DNA of 64,000 nt from Candidatus Moanibacter sp. (lineage in GTDB: Bacteria; Verrucomicrobiota; Verrucomicrobiia; Opitutales; UBA2987): NCBI GenBank assembly GCA_965215885.1, contig CBDCEW010000104.1, positions 276,301-340,300 on the forward strand, given 5' to 3'. The translations under genes were made by a program, and so were the position numbers. Of the stretch, positions 21,298 through 32,539 are shown piece after piece. Position 1 is the first letter of the stretch, and each line of letters begins with the position of its first letter. Below the pieces are notes generated by a model. The model was not told the origin of the DNA. It ran no database searches and saw nothing but the letters and a program-made list of their open reading frames with translations.

Positions 21298-22242
21298 ATG
21301 AAGCCGAAAATCGCACTTTCCACCTGTTGGTGCTCACATCGGCACACCGATGGCTACGAAATGGCCAGGGAGATCAGCGAAATCGGATTTCGCTACGTAG
21401 AACTGAGCCATGGGATTCGGATTTCTTTGGTGCCTGGGATTCTCAAGGCACTCGAGGAAGGAATCGTGGAGGTGGTTTCGGTGCACAACTTCTGCCCATT
21501 ACCAACCGGAATAATGGGGGCGGCGCCGAATATCTACGAGCCCACCTCACCTGATCGAATAGAACGCGAGCAATGGCTGCGACACACCAGGCGCACTATT
21601 GAATTCGCTAACCGGGTGGGCGCCGACAGGGCTGTCCTACATTCCGGATCAGTCCGTTTCTTCTGGCGCCATCCGGATAGAGTCATCAATCGCTACCTTG
21701 AGAGCCGCCATCCATCCGAACTGAAGGGTGACGCCACCTATGAGAGGCTCCTGGAGAAGATTTTGGCGCGAATGCGCGCCAAAGAGAGATCATTCATGGA
21801 GCGGCTGAAAAAGTCATTCGGGGAGGTTATACCTTTCGCGAAAGAAAATGGCGTAATGTTGGGAGTCGAAAACCGCGAAGGTGTTGCGGAACTCCCTCTC
21901 GATGGGGAATTGGGCGGATTACTCGATGAATTTAATGACAGCGAGACTTTGTACTATTGGCACGATTCGGGCCATGCCCAACTCAAGGAGAGAATGGGAA
22001 TTGTGACGCACGAGCAATTGCTGCTGGAGAATAACAAACGCCTGATCGGATTTCATCTCCATGATGTCAATGAACAGGAGATGGACCATCAACCCATCGG
22101 AACGGGCACGATCGATTTCCAGATGATCCGGAACTTCATCAGGCCGGAACAGGTTATCGTGATAGAGTTGAACCCCCGCTTGAAGGCGGAAGCGGTGATC
22201 GCCTCGCGAGGTTATCTAAACAAGCTGTTGGAGGGCGTGTAG
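21298..22242 (+). CDS. Sugar-phosphate isomerase/epimerase (xylose isomerase-like TIM barrel)
   Basis: SVHN, VLHSG, GVEN, WHDSGH, FHLHD, DH..IG.G.IDF, IEL; ATG at 21298 preferred. Confidence 0.85.
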   Translation: MKPKIALSTCWCSHRHTDGYEMAREISEIGFRYVELSHGIRISLVPGILKALEEGIVEVVSVHNFCPLPTGIMGAAPNIYEPTSPDRIEREQWLRHTRRTIEFANRVGADRAVLHSGSVRFFWRHPDRVINRYLESRHPSELKGDATYERLLEKILARMRAKERSFMERLKKSFGEVIPFAKENGVMLGVENREGVAELPLDGELGGLLDEFNDSETLYYWHDSGHAQLKERMGIVTHEQLLLENNKRLIGFHLHDVNEQEMDHQPIGTGTIDFQMIRNFIRPEQVIVIELNPRLKAEAVIASRGYLNKLLEGV

Positions 22243-22489
22243 GTGGCGGGTTATGCCGGGTTCGTCCACTGCCGTGCGGTAGGGTCTTACATATCGTTCT
22301 CGTAATCGTGCTCGTTCTCGAGAGTTGCCGAATCACCAGAACGATTATTCTACTCAGCGGGAAGCACGCAATCTGATATGGACGCTTGCAGGGGAAATGA
22401 AAGCCGGGCACGGTATTCAAGTCACAGAAACAGGACAGGAGTTTGTATCCCCAATCAAAGGAAAGAAATTGAAATCGCTGACCAATTTC

Positions 22490-23782
22490 ATGGGTCTCGC
22501 TGCCTTCGCAGGTATCCTCGTCGTTTTGTTAGGGTGCGGCACTATTCCTGAAGAACGTTGGTGGACTTATCAAAAGGATTCCGTCCATTCATCGCTTTAC
22601 CGGGGTAGGGATGTTGCGCTTCCTCTGGAAATGGTGTGGGAGCGTAGTTACTCCACTGAGGGAGGCCCGACCGCGCTGGTGGGCCCAGCTGTCTTCGGTG
22701 AAGACCATGTCTACGTTCCAGTTCATCAGGATCACGAGAGCTGGTTGGTGGCGCTGAGATTGACCGACGGCGCGGAACACTGGATCTTCAGACCCGAAGG
22801 CGAATCGATCGTCCGGGCATATATTCATGCGCCGCCGGTAGTCGTCAACGACATGATCTACGCTGTTTTTCAGATTGAGGAATCTGATGGTCAAACTGGT
22901 GTTTGGATGTACGCCCTTGACCGAGAAGGTGCTCAGTTGTGGAAGTCCACGTCGGATGCGAGGAGTGCTGCCATCGTTGGAACTATGACGGCAGCTAACG
23001 ATCTGATTCTCTACTGCCTTAAACACCCTGGCGGGATATTTCTCCATGCCATTCGGCAGGACAACGGGGAAGAGGCGTGGCGCTTTCCCATTGATATCGG
23101 GGCTGCTTCTTTAAGTGTAAGCTACAAGGAGGTATCTCCGATTGTTATAAATGATATGATTATCGTCCCGACTTGGGCGGACATTCGCGCGATAAAGTTA
23201 GAGGAGCCGCATGAAATTTGGCGGTTTAGTTATCCGGAGGAAGCGAGAAACGGATCGCCAGTGTATGCTGCCTATTCAGGCCATCATCTTCCCCATGTCT
23301 ACGTCTCGTCGGTCCTTAACGATGGAACCGCAAGGCTCTATGCGCTTGACTCCTGGACCGGCAATCAAATGTGGCTGGTGGAGGAACGCGTTTCTTCGGT
23401 CGGCCAGCGATCCGCGATCGGGGCGATCGATTACGGTTCACGGGTAGTTTTATTGGCTGGTGAAAGTATCTTTGGCATCAGTCCGGGCTCTGGAAACGTC
23501 ATGTGGTCCTTACAAGATGACGATTTGGAATTGCAAAGCGCGCCCGCGTTTTCCCGGCATTCGGCGAATACGCCGGGAGTTCCGAATCAGGTTATGTTTT
23601 ATACCAGTCAATTCGGGGTCTACGCACTGAATCCCTTTGATGGCGTCTCCATGTGGTCGGAAGTGCTCTTCACGGGCGGAGTGGCGGACTTCAACAAATT
23701 GCTGGGTGGAGTCAGCATCGATCATGGCCTCGTCGTTGCTTCTATCCGCAATGTGGTTCGCGCTTATGCGTCGGCTGAGTAG
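22490..23782 (+). CDS. PQQ-like beta-propeller (BamB-like) lipoprotein
   Basis: Lipobox LLGC after a hydrophobic leader; repeated LxALD..TG...W motifs; start uncertain. Confidence 0.75.
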   Translation: MGLAAFAGILVVLLGCGTIPEERWWTYQKDSVHSSLYRGRDVALPLEMVWERSYSTEGGPTALVGPAVFGEDHVYVPVHQDHESWLVALRLTDGAEHWIFRPEGESIVRAYIHAPPVVVNDMIYAVFQIEESDGQTGVWMYALDREGAQLWKSTSDARSAAIVGTMTAANDLILYCLKHPGGIFLHAIRQDNGEEAWRFPIDIGAASLSVSYKEVSPIVINDMIIVPTWADIRAIKLEEPHEIWRFSYPEEARNGSPVYAAYSGHHLPHVYVSSVLNDGTARLYALDSWTGNQMWLVEERVSSVGQRSAIGAIDYGSRVVLLAGESIFGISPGSGNVMWSLQDDDLELQSAPAFSRHSANTPGVPNQVMFYTSQFGVYALNPFDGVSMWSEVLFTGGVADFNKLLGGVSIDHGLVVASIRNVVRAYASAE

Positions 23783-23892
23783 GAATTCAGTTAAGGGGAT
23801 TGCAGTTGGGGTTTGTTGATTCGGCCGCCACCGATTTTGGGGCCTTTTTGAGTTTAAGTAATATTTCTGATTGTGCGAAGCGAGTCACGTAT

Positions 23893-25458
23893 ATGAATGA
23901 AGGAAGAAGATCTTGCTCTCCAGTTTCGGTGATGCTCGGGCTCTTGGTAGTTGGGTTTGTTTCCGCTTGTTGTGGGCCCACTGGGGGCACCCCAGTGCAA
24001 CGCGATTTGGTGATTGTTACCATAGGCAACTCGTATGCGGCAGGAGAAGGAACTCCGGATATGAAATGGAATGAGATTGGACCGAATGCCTTGCCGGTTG
24101 TAGAGCCCATCTGGGATCTTAGGGCGGTTCAGTCAGGAAATCAGTCCTTGGCCGATGAGGCGGTGCAATGCCATCGTTCGAATAATTCCGGCCCTGTGCT
24201 GGCGGCAGCCGCCCTGGACGCACTTAATGGGGTCTCAGTGACATTCAGGTCCTTTGCATGTTCAGGCGCAACGATCGACAGTGGCATCCTGGGCGAACAT
24301 AGAGGCATATTCCACCGGACAAGAAACTTTCCGCTTCTGGACCGTCAAATTGATCAGGTGAGATCCTGGATGATCGCGGAAGGAATTAACAATATCGATG
24401 CCCTCATCGTATATGCGGGTGGCAACGATGTCGGTTTCGGACCTATTATAGCAAACTGCCTGGACCCGTTTATCGGTGATTGCTCTACGGATCCAGAGAC
24501 ATTAACTCTGTTTATCGCCGGCGATGGTGGGAGAGTCATCGGTTTCTTTCAACTCCCGGATGCATTTGCCCGATTGAACACTGCCATTCAAGCCGAGCTT
24601 AGCCCGGGGAACACCTTCATTGCAGAGTACCCTCCCCTCGTGAAGAATAAAAGGGGGAGGTATTGCGATGGATTTGATGACGGCTTTTTGGTCGAAAGTA
24701 ACCTCGATCCCGTTCCAGTAATAACACTCCCCGGTTATTCGAGCAGATCAGGAACGATGACTATCGGTCTGGGCGCGGGCACCCAGAATATTTCTAGGTC
24801 AGAAAATAAATGGGTTTATGAATCCGTTGCGCTGAACTTAAACAACGCGATCAAGACAGCAGCGGAGACTCACGGCTGGAATTTTATGGAAGGGATCGGG
24901 GAGCTTGGTGACACCCATGGGTACTGTGCTGCTGATCGCTGGGTAAATACCCTTAAGGATTCCTGGTTCGCACAGATGGACATGTTCGGCGCTGTGCATC
25001 CCAACGAGAAGGGTCAAGAAGCATATGGGGATGTTCTAATCAAGCACCTTATTGAAGTGCTGGGCGTTAATGATGCACCTGATTTGAAACTCATGTCCAT
25101 GACAGACGATTCACGTGCTATGGTAGGCAGTGAAGAAGTGCAGTTCGAATTAACTTTCGAGATTGAGTTCGCGCCGACCGCAAATCAGCTTGAAGATATA
25201 ACGTTTGAGTACTCAATTAACGACGATTTCACCGATTCGACTCTGTTGCGGCGGGGGCCCGATATCGACACACACTTTCCGGAACTCAAATTCCGAAATC
25301 TGTTTACTGTGAGATTCCAGGAGTCGGTGCCGACGAGCGACAGATATACCGGGCAAGGCCCAACGATCTTTTACCGGTGGAGGGTGGACTATAAAAAGCC
25401 AGGTCTCAGTTCGAGGCGCTTTGAAAGCGCTGTTCGATCCATCGATCTTGAAATCTGA
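23893..25458 (+). CDS. Secreted SGNH/GDSL hydrolase with C-terminal beta domain
   Basis: GNSYAAG (block I), ACSGA, GGND, HPN..G; Cys-rich; possible lipoprotein signal. Confidence 0.8.
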   Translation: MNEGRRSCSPVSVMLGLLVVGFVSACCGPTGGTPVQRDLVIVTIGNSYAAGEGTPDMKWNEIGPNALPVVEPIWDLRAVQSGNQSLADEAVQCHRSNNSGPVLAAAALDALNGVSVTFRSFACSGATIDSGILGEHRGIFHRTRNFPLLDRQIDQVRSWMIAEGINNIDALIVYAGGNDVGFGPIIANCLDPFIGDCSTDPETLTLFIAGDGGRVIGFFQLPDAFARLNTAIQAELSPGNTFIAEYPPLVKNKRGRYCDGFDDGFLVESNLDPVPVITLPGYSSRSGTMTIGLGAGTQNISRSENKWVYESVALNLNNAIKTAAETHGWNFMEGIGELGDTHGYCAADRWVNTLKDSWFAQMDMFGAVHPNEKGQEAYGDVLIKHLIEVLGVNDAPDLKLMSMTDDSRAMVGSEEVQFELTFEIEFAPTANQLEDITFEYSINDDFTDSTLLRRGPDIDTHFPELKFRNLFTVRFQESVPTSDRYTGQGPTIFYRWRVDYKKPGLSSRRFESAVRSIDLEI

Positions 25459-25677
25459 CGCGGGTGGCGGAGCCGCCGCGCTAACGGGTGTGGGAACCAT
25501 CCGTGCTTTGAGCGAGGAGTAAGGGAAGAAAGTGTTTATTCGGAACCCTCGCCCTCGAATCTTCGACAACAATAGGATTTCGCTTTTTCCGGGTGTTTCG
25601 GAGAAGCAGTAGATCGAAATCCTCACGAGATTCTCAGTTGCAACACCTTCAACCCGCGCCGAGACTCCCGCTAACCG

Positions 25678-26772
25678 ATGGAGTCCAGAGAAACACTTCC
25701 TTCCCCGATTGAGGCTGATCAGCCGCGCACAGCCCTCGCGCCGATGCAGGACGTCACGGCGCTGCCGTTTATGCGTCTGATCGCCGGATATGGGGCGCCG
25801 GATTATTTTTTCACCGAATATTTCAGAGTCCGCGCCTGCTCCCGCCTCGAACCTCACATCCTGAGATCGATTACCGAGAACACCACGGGCCGGCCCGTAT
25901 TCGCGCAGTTGATCGGTGAAAGTCTACGAGACATCAAAAGAACAGTGGAAGAGCTGAAGCACTTTCCGATCGCGGGGATTGACCTCAACATGGGTTGCCC
26001 CGCACCCAAAATCTATAAGAAAAATGTGGGCGGTGGTCTCCTGCGGGAGCCGGATCGAGTCGAAAGAATTCTTGATCTGCTGCGGCAGTCGATCGACGGT
26101 CTGTTCACGGTAAAAATGCGCATTGGTTTCGACGGAATTGCGCATTTCCAGCATCTTCTCGAACTGATCAATCGATATGGGGTCGATATGCTCAGCGTGC
26201 ACGGCCGTACTGTCAAAGAGATGTATCGAAGCGAAGTCCATTATGACTTAATCAGGTTTGCCGCCGCATCAGTCGACTGTCCGGTCCTGGCCAACGGGAA
26301 CATTACATCCGCCCGAAAGGCGGCCTGGACTCTTAAGTTCGCAGGCAGCGCGGGTGTCATGATTGGTCGTTCGGCAATTCGAAATCCATGGATTTTTCAA
26401 CAGATCCGCGATTATTTCGCCGGAAGACCTGTCTTTGCTCCCGTCCTTTCCGACGTTCGCTGCTATATTGAAAAGCTCTACCGTGGCTTGTGGGTGGATA
26501 ACATCGAGGAGCATCGGCATGTCAACCGGACGAAGAAATTCCTCAATTTTATCGGCCAGGGAGTCGATCGGGAAGGGCGCTTCCTGCACGAAGTGCGCCG
26601 AGCCCGCACCGAGGTGGAGTTGTTTACGATCTGCGACCGGCACCTGATCGATTGTGGCCGGGCCGATGTCCTATTTGCCGACGAACCCTATTCGGGGGTC
26701 GTGGCGCGTCCGAATTCTGAGGCACCGCTTGCACATTCTAGCTGTTCGGACATGCCGGTCGATTTCAGGTAA
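25678..26772 (+). CDS. dus: tRNA-dihydrouridine synthase family protein
   Basis: LAPM, IDLNMGCP, TVKMRIG, VHGRT, ANGNI, GVMIGR.AI.NPWIF. Confidence 0.93.
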   Translation: MESRETLPSPIEADQPRTALAPMQDVTALPFMRLIAGYGAPDYFFTEYFRVRACSRLEPHILRSITENTTGRPVFAQLIGESLRDIKRTVEELKHFPIAGIDLNMGCPAPKIYKKNVGGGLLREPDRVERILDLLRQSIDGLFTVKMRIGFDGIAHFQHLLELINRYGVDMLSVHGRTVKEMYRSEVHYDLIRFAAASVDCPVLANGNITSARKAAWTLKFAGSAGVMIGRSAIRNPWIFQQIRDYFAGRPVFAPVLSDVRCYIEKLYRGLWVDNIEEHRHVNRTKKFLNFIGQGVDREGRFLHEVRRARTEVELFTICDRHLIDCGRADVLFADEPYSGVVARPNSEAPLAHSSCSDMPVDFR

Positions 26773-27055
26773 AGTGCGCCTTCACGGCTCGGAGGACGCC
26801 ACTGCGGATTGTGATTCAGACCAGTGGGGCCCCCGGCGCGCGGCCGGATCAAACCCTGCCGTAGAGCAGAGTGAAACTTGCTGTATCGGCAGGACGAAAT
26901 GCTCCCGCATTCCGCTACGCTCAATTTCGGCGCTGGTTGAGCAAGTTCCCCTCCCGCGGAGGGGTCAGGGGTGGGTTCTTTCCAAACTAATTTCCGCGTT
27001 CAAAGAACGTTAGCCAATCGCCTCGAGATCCACTCTCACATTGAATCTTAGATCG

Positions 27056-27356
27056 GTATCGTTGTAACAATCTCTCATGATCGAATTGGTAGTCCTTATG
27101 GTGCTCCTTTCGAGGACGTGAACGATTACGAGGACGAGCACGATTTCGAGAACATAGTCCGGCAAGGGCGAAAGCACTCAATACTCAGACCAGCTTTCGT
27201 TCTTCATCGAGGAGTTCTCTTATCCAACGTCGGTGGGGGCCGGATATCGCGATTTGGTCGATCTCGGCGATGGGTATCCAGGTGAGATTGGGGAATCTTT
27301 CACTTTCCTGACAAGGGAGAAGTCGGGAATAAGATTGAAGATAGATTCCCAGATTT
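27056..27356 (-). repeat. Diverged duplicate of mutY 3' end plus downstream DNA (direct repeat of ~41040-41326)
   Basis: 88 nt (27209-27296) match mutY with one mismatch; flanks are similar with indels. Confidence 0.92.
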
Positions 27357-27358
27357 CT

Positions 27359-28531
27359 TCAGAGGTTGATCGCGAACTGACGATACACGATTCGTCCGCC
27401 TTCACCCTGCGGGTGGTCGGTGGTTCGAAACCAGACCTCCAGCTTTCCATCCTGATATAGCGCAAACGGATTGTCGGCCTTGAGGCCACACTCGATGATC
27501 GGCCTGTCGAAGCACCGCTGCCACCGGATTCCGTCATTCGAGACGGCTAGGCCGACTTTTTTCCCGAGGCCGACCTCGTCGGTGGTTCTGGACTTAGTGA
27601 GTGATCGATTGTCGTGGCCGGAGTACAGCATGTAGTAGCGATCTTCTATCTTCATCACGTGGGGGTCCGCGAGAAGTGCCGAGTCCCATCCACTGGCGGA
27701 TCGCGTGAAAATAGGTTCTGATGAGAACCTCTCCCAGTGAACTCCATCCACCGACACCGCAAGACCGATGTCGGACTGCATCTGATTCTTGTAAGCACTC
27801 CCTCGATAGTACATATACAGCAGGTCTCCCACCTGAATTACGTGCACGCCGGCAATGATTCTGGAATCCCAGCCTTCTGTATTAGCCCTGAATACTCGGC
27901 TGGTGTAATCCCATTTCTTCCGGTCCCTTGAGACCAGAAGGGAAACATCCTGAGTTCCGGCACGGTCCTCCCTGAACCAGACATACCACGCATCCCGAAT
28001 CTTTAACGCCGAAGGCGTTCCTCCACCGCGCGGGCCGAAACGATAAATCGCGTATTCAGTTGAGAGTCGCCACTCCGTGGGATTCGTCGCTTGGATGCAA
28101 TGCAGTTCGGTCTGCGCGCCGACGATGGGCACGTACTTCAGAAAGACCTGCAGCCCTCGACCTAGCGGGAGGACGTGCACTCCGGTGACTTTTCGGGGAT
28201 CTGCTGGAGTGAGGAGAACTTCGCTGGAGGTGAGCATTTTCGGTTTTTCGAGGTGGGGAAAGCTTGGCTGAATCTGCTTCGGATGAACACGATCAGTGAG
28301 CGCTGAAGTTGCCCCGCTGGCTGGCTTCCCTGCTGATTGGACCATGAGGTGAGCCTCGGAGGATCCGCTTGCGCAGGCGCAGCATGCGGCTAGACACGAG
28401 ACTCTCGTCAGGGCTCGATTCGTGTCGTTCCATGCTGCCAGCCAAATCCGCTTCGGGACATCCTCTTTCTCAATCGAGTTCAATTTGTTGGTCGCACCTT
28501 TGTCGTCGCCGCTTACATTTCTCAATTCCAT
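27359..28531 (-). CDS. Glycoside hydrolase-like beta-propeller protein (GH32/43/130-like)
   Basis: WDS, YMYYRG, IGLAVSVDGVHWER, DPHV, YMLYSG, GLAVSNDGIRW repeats; true start probably downstream of 28531. Confidence 0.7.
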   Translation of the reverse strand: MELRNVSGDDKGATNKLNSIEKEDVPKRIWLAAWNDTNRALTRVSCLAACCACASGSSEAHLMVQSAGKPASGATSALTDRVHPKQIQPSFPHLEKPKMLTSSEVLLTPADPRKVTGVHVLPLGRGLQVFLKYVPIVGAQTELHCIQATNPTEWRLSTEYAIYRFGPRGGGTPSALKIRDAWYVWFREDRAGTQDVSLLVSRDRKKWDYTSRVFRANTEGWDSRIIAGVHVIQVGDLLYMYYRGSAYKNQMQSDIGLAVSVDGVHWERFSSEPIFTRSASGWDSALLADPHVMKIEDRYYMLYSGHDNRSLTKSRTTDEVGLGKKVGLAVSNDGIRWQRCFDRPIIECGLKADNPFALYQDGKLEVWFRTTDHPQGEGGRIVYRQFAINL

Positions 28532-28901
28532 TTATGACAGATTCGCCGGCTTCGAATTTCCGCAGTTTTCATTGGAACCGAGGCCCGTCGCAGCTCAGTT
28601 GAATCAAGTTGGGCGTCATTCGGAGTCGCCCACTGCAAGATTGCTTCTTCGGATCCGGCATATTGCAGTTTAGCATCTTTTAGGTTAGCCCGGACAAAGT
28701 AAACGTTTTCCTGGTTTGCGTAGCCGGGGTCGGACCTTCTAAGCTCTGTGTCAAGCACTGATTACAGGCTCTGTATGCTGGGATGCTTCGTTTTGCGGCT
28801 CTTTAGTTTTCGGTCTGTTCGGCCGCTGCAAAGTATATGGGTTTGACCGGTGTAAGAAATGCCAGCTTTGCCCAATAGGAACAGGAACCAATCCTAGATT
28901 C

Positions 28902-30494
28902 ATGTGGAAATCAGATCTCAATAGCGTCCGCAGTTTGCATAGGAGCTCGTTGCTGAGCACTTGTAGAAGTCTATTCGGTGTCTTCAGTCTCGTTTTCTTT
29001 CTGGTTCTATTTGTTCTCAGCGATGGGGCCCAAATTTCGCGCTCTACTTCACCCGACAGCCCCACGTCCGAGACCAACCTGAAATGTGATGCGCCCCAAG
29101 ATTTTCAGGCGAAGGAATTCAACATTGCCTTTGTCTCCGTCACCAACCTTCGTGCAGATCACCTCCAAACGTATGGCTACTCTCGCGCCACGTCACCTCG
29201 AATAGATCGATTCGCGAAGAAGAGTATCGTCTTTGAGGATGCCTTCTCACACGCCAGCTGGACGCTGCCCGTCGCAATCTCGATCTTCACCTCGCAATAT
29301 CCGTTCACCCACGGGATCATGAATAGAAACGAGTTCAAGCCTCTCTCTTCGTGGGTTCCTACACTCGTCGACATCTTGAAATCAAACGGTTACGCAACTG
29401 CTGCGTTCGTCGGCGATCGAGACTACGCCGCCGGATTCGGTTTGGTGTCAAGATTTGATGAAGTCTACGACCATGTGAACGACAAGGCCCTTATTGACTG
29501 GAAACGGTATGGGGTCCTTGAGAGCACAGTTCCGGACGCGATCACCTGGCTGCGAAAAAACAGGAGCAAGAGGTTCTTTATCTTTCTTCAGGGCTATGAT
29601 ACTCACTGTCCCTTCGCAATTCCAGAAGAGAACGCGATGTTTAATCCGGGCTACGACGGCGACATTGACTTCACAAAATGCTACTGGACGTTCAGGCGGA
29701 CCAAACCGATCAGGGTCACCCCTGAGTCCGGCGAGCCGGACGAGGTCTACATTCTAAAAACGAAGCCGCGAGCCGGCGAGGAACTCGAGGAGATTTTCGA
29801 TTCCGAAGATGTCCGGCACATGATCGCACTCTATGATGGAGAAATTCAGCGCGCCGACCGTCTGGTAGGCGTATTTCTCGACGAACTTAGACGCCTCGGA
29901 TTGGATCAAAATACGATTGTCGTCTTCCTTTCAGAACACGGGGACATGTTTGGGAAACACGGACGATTCATGAGAGGCGGCCCATTGAGAGGCACATTTT
30001 ACGACGATGTTCTCCATGTACCATTGATTGTATACCATCCGAAGTTAACGGCCCGCCGGGTTAGAGGACTGGCTCAGTTGGTGGATATTGCGCCGACGAT
30101 TCTTGACATATTGAATCTCGAAGTTCCGTCGACATTTCAGGGAACATCGCTCCGTCCGCTGATCCTTGATAACGTACTGGTGAACGAATACGTGTTTTCA
30201 GGGTCAGCCTACACACCGAGAAAGAACAACCCGTTCTTTCGTTACAGCTCGATCATCATGTCAATCCGAACGTTGAAATGGAAGATGATCCATGAGAGAT
30301 TGTTCTACGGTGATTCCCCCGAAGATCACCTAGAACTATTCGACTTCGAAACCGACCCCGAGGAACTCATCAATGTCCGCAGGAAGAATCCGAAAATACA
30401 GCAAAGGTTGACGGAGGTCGGTTTTGCATGGCTTCGGAAGATCGGTGCAGATACAGTCGTCTCGAGGCTACAGGAGGCGCCGAAACCTGAATGA
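28902..30494 (+). CDS. Sulfatase-like hydrolase/transferase
   Basis: LRADH..YGY, SP.ID, WTLP...SIFT..YP..HG, YD.H, LYDGEI, SEHG, HVPLI, DIAPTIL, DP.E..N; N-terminal TM. Confidence 0.88.
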   Translation: MWKSDLNSVRSLHRSSLLSTCRSLFGVFSLVFFLVLFVLSDGAQISRSTSPDSPTSETNLKCDAPQDFQAKEFNIAFVSVTNLRADHLQTYGYSRATSPRIDRFAKKSIVFEDAFSHASWTLPVAISIFTSQYPFTHGIMNRNEFKPLSSWVPTLVDILKSNGYATAAFVGDRDYAAGFGLVSRFDEVYDHVNDKALIDWKRYGVLESTVPDAITWLRKNRSKRFFIFLQGYDTHCPFAIPEENAMFNPGYDGDIDFTKCYWTFRRTKPIRVTPESGEPDEVYILKTKPRAGEELEEIFDSEDVRHMIALYDGEIQRADRLVGVFLDELRRLGLDQNTIVVFLSEHGDMFGKHGRFMRGGPLRGTFYDDVLHVPLIVYHPKLTARRVRGLAQLVDIAPTILDILNLEVPSTFQGTSLRPLILDNVLVNEYVFSGSAYTPRKNNPFFRYSSIIMSIRTLKWKMIHERLFYGDSPEDHLELFDFETDPEELINVRRKNPKIQQRLTEVGFAWLRKIGADTVVSRLQEAPKPE

Positions 30495-32539
30495 GGAAAA
30501 CACGGATTCGCACTATCATAGGTCTGGCACGGGTGCTTGTACTTTCAGTGTGCTACTTTGCCTGGGAACCGTCAACAGCCTCCGTTTCGAATGACACGAC
30601 GCTTGCGAGGAAGCTCTACTGGTTTATCCCGGATGGAATGCGGGCTGACCCCGCGCTTTTCAACATTTACCGCTGGGCCAGGGAAGGGAAATTGCAGAAC
30701 ATTAGGCGTATGATGGAGCGCGGGACATACGGATTCTGTCGGCCTACCTTTCCCTCGCACACGCCAACCAATTTCGCGACCCTGTTCACTGGCGCATATC
30801 CCGAAATTCACGGTGTCAACGACGGTCCAATGCACGCCGAAGGGAGCCCTCTCGATCGTGTTTCGATCGGTGGATTCAGCTCGGCGGCTAAGCTCGTGTC
30901 GCCGATCTGGGTGACCCTTGAGAGAGAGACCGGGTGCAAAGTTATCCTTCTCTCCGTGCCAGGATCCACACCTCCGGAGCTCGATCGGGGGATCACAATC
31001 CGGGGACGCTGGGGCGGCTGGGGCGCGGACTTCCATGCCATCAATTTTCAGGACAGCGACGATCTCTCAATGAGAAGGATGCAAGGTCGAGGATCGAGGC
31101 TATTCTTCTCCGGTCCGCAGCTGACCAGATACGTCAAGAAGAACGCTGCGACAGGGTGGAGTGACCTTCCGGAGACGCACTCGCTTTCCCTTGAGGTGAA
31201 GTTTGACGCCTGAGGAGCAACGGTCTTCGCGTGCCTTATCGACAGCTCTCCAAATCAGCGAATTGATTACGACCGGCTGACCTTTGCGACGAATAAAACG
31301 GCACCGTTAACAACGCTTAAACAGGGTGAATGGAGTGAGTGGCTACCCATCATGCTTCAGTGGAAGATCCCCGGCACGCCTCTGCAGCAGACAGTCGAAA
31401 GTGTCTTCAGGATCAAGGTGATCCGCCTCGAACCCAGCGGGTTCTTTAGAGTGCGCTTTTTCTTCAACAACATCAACAAACACCTGACCGAGCCCGACTA
31501 TGTCGCACGTGACCTGGTCGAAGGTGTGGGGCCGATGGTCGACTTTGTTGACAACTTTCCTCCGCAACTGATTTTTTATCCCGAAGACAAAACAACATTT
31601 ATTGAGGAAGCAGAATTATCCCTCAACTGGCACAGGGACGCTGTGTCCTTTATCCTTGATAAATACAATCCGGATGTCTTCATCAACGACATTTACACGC
31701 CAAACCAGATGCTTACCAGTCGATGGTGGATGGGATTCGTCGATCCACTGAGCGAGCAGTACGGTGATATATCCGAAATTGAACGCGAAAATATCTGGAA
31801 TGAAGTCTACTGGCTTTACCGCAAGCTTGATGACATTGTCGGAATGCTTCTCCGAAAGGCGGACGAAAACACCTATGTCGTGCTGACCTCCGATCATGGC
31901 GCCGTTCCCTTGAACCGCGAGGTTCGCGTCAACAACCTTCTTGCCCGTGAAGGATTGCTTAAATTCGCGATTGATTCGGATACGGGGGAGCCTGTCATAG
32001 ACTGGAAGAACACGCGGGCAGTCTACCTCAAGATGTTCAGCGTCTACGTCAATCCAAAGGGGCTGGCCGGAACGTGGACGAGAGCCTCGGGTCCTGAGTA
32101 CAAGAAGCTGAGACGGCGTGTTCGGGAAATTCTGGTGCATCTTGAGGATGAGAACGGCGTTCGGCCTGTGGTCAAGGTTTTGGATTGGGAGTCTGCCGGC
32201 GAATTAAAACTGCACAAGAATAGATCGGGAGATCTCATCATTGCCAACCGAACGGGCTACGGCTGGAGCGAGGAAATGACTGCAGACCTGGAAGTGTTCT
32301 CAAAGCCCCAGAAGACCGGCTATAAGCAGGCAATCCTCGCAAGTGGGGAGGTAGGCATGTGGACACCTTTTATGATCGTTGGTCCTGGAGTGAAGAAAGG
32401 GTTTTTTCTAGGAAACACGCCCATTGAGATGGTCGATCAGTATCCGACCTTGATGCACCTGATGGATGTAGAGCGACCACGGTTCGTGCAGGGTGCAGTC
32501 TTAACGGAAGTCTTGGAACAGGAGCGCGTGAGCCAATGA
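30491..32539 (+). pseudogene. Alkaline phosphatase superfamily / nucleotide pyrophosphatase-phosphodiesterase split by in-frame TGA
   Basis: ORFs 30491-31213 and 31352-32539 share a frame with one TGA at 31211; DG, PSHTP.NFATL.TG, TSDHG, D.YPT motifs. Confidence 0.85.

Noticed and set aside
27220..27537. 105-aa ORF sharing a tail with the 41188-41424 ORF
   Set aside because: Off-frame reading of the duplicated mutY end
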